Below the pieces are notes generated by a model. The model had not been told where the DNA came from. It worked only from the letters and a program-made list of their open reading frames with translations, and searched no databases. Shown here piece by piece: positions 63,615 to 64,000 of a DNA stretch of 64,000 nucleotides. Location of the stretch: NCBI RefSeq assembly GCF_001194135.2, contig NC_068988.1, positions 83,915,240 through 83,979,239 on the forward strand, in the 5' to 3' direction. The stretch comes from Octopus bimaculoides (lineage: Eukaryota). A program made the translations under genes and the position numbers. Each line of letters begins with the position of its first letter. Position 1 is the first letter of the stretch.

Positions 63615-64000
63615 TAGTCATCAATATCCAAGTTTAGCGCCCTGATTCTTTCTCTTTCCCGGCCGGCCGGCCATGAGCATGGTCATGTCAAGCTGTCTCT
63701 CCAGCATTCCAACTCTGGGGACAGCTCACAACAGCATTCCGGCGTCTCAGCAACCAAGATTTAAGCTGCCTATTTCCTCCATAAATGAACATTGTTGTGT
63801 TGATAGTTCAGAGTTCTGCGTTCCGTTATTATTTAGAATTTAATATAGGAAAGCGGGTGTACACCTAATGGTGTATAACCACTTTCCTATAAAGTTTTTG
63901 TTTAGCTTTTAAATGCTTAATTTATTTTCTTGCTTCTATTTTGTAAAATTGAAATTGATCTTACTAGTAATGTTAGCCTATTCAACAGGCCACCCGGACG

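Overview
This is AT-rich, microsatellite- and transposon-dense eukaryotic DNA with five N gaps. The repeat families look like those of an octopus or other coleoid cephalopod (inference). Two multi-exon genes lie tail-to-tail. (1) On the + strand are the last 8 coding exons (7287-28726; 326 aa + stop) of a pancreatic-lipase-family gene, with GHSLG, LDPAGP and CDH triad motifs, a full lid and a PLAT domain; its 5' exons are not visible. (2) On the - strand is a complete 4-exon COX5B (57888-31782; 140 aa), with an overlapping ETS/CRE motif about 80 bp upstream of the ATG. The ORF track finds neither gene intact. The rest is decayed elements: Tc1, maT-like, piggyBac and hAT DNA elements; R4/Dong, RTE, CR1-like and Penelope-like retroelements; and several SINE families. 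The most notable signals are minimal type I hammerhead-ribozyme motifs. One sits in a composite tRNA-head + (AAT)n + hammerhead element inserted as one unit, sense to the COX5B pre-mRNA. Another pair forms a 144-bp hairpin in a lipase intron. There are also several long foldback hairpins, an inverted repeat covering a candidate 29-nt micro-exon and its branch point, and a stack of R4/Dong copies at (AAT)n tracts. All calls were made by eye, without database searches.
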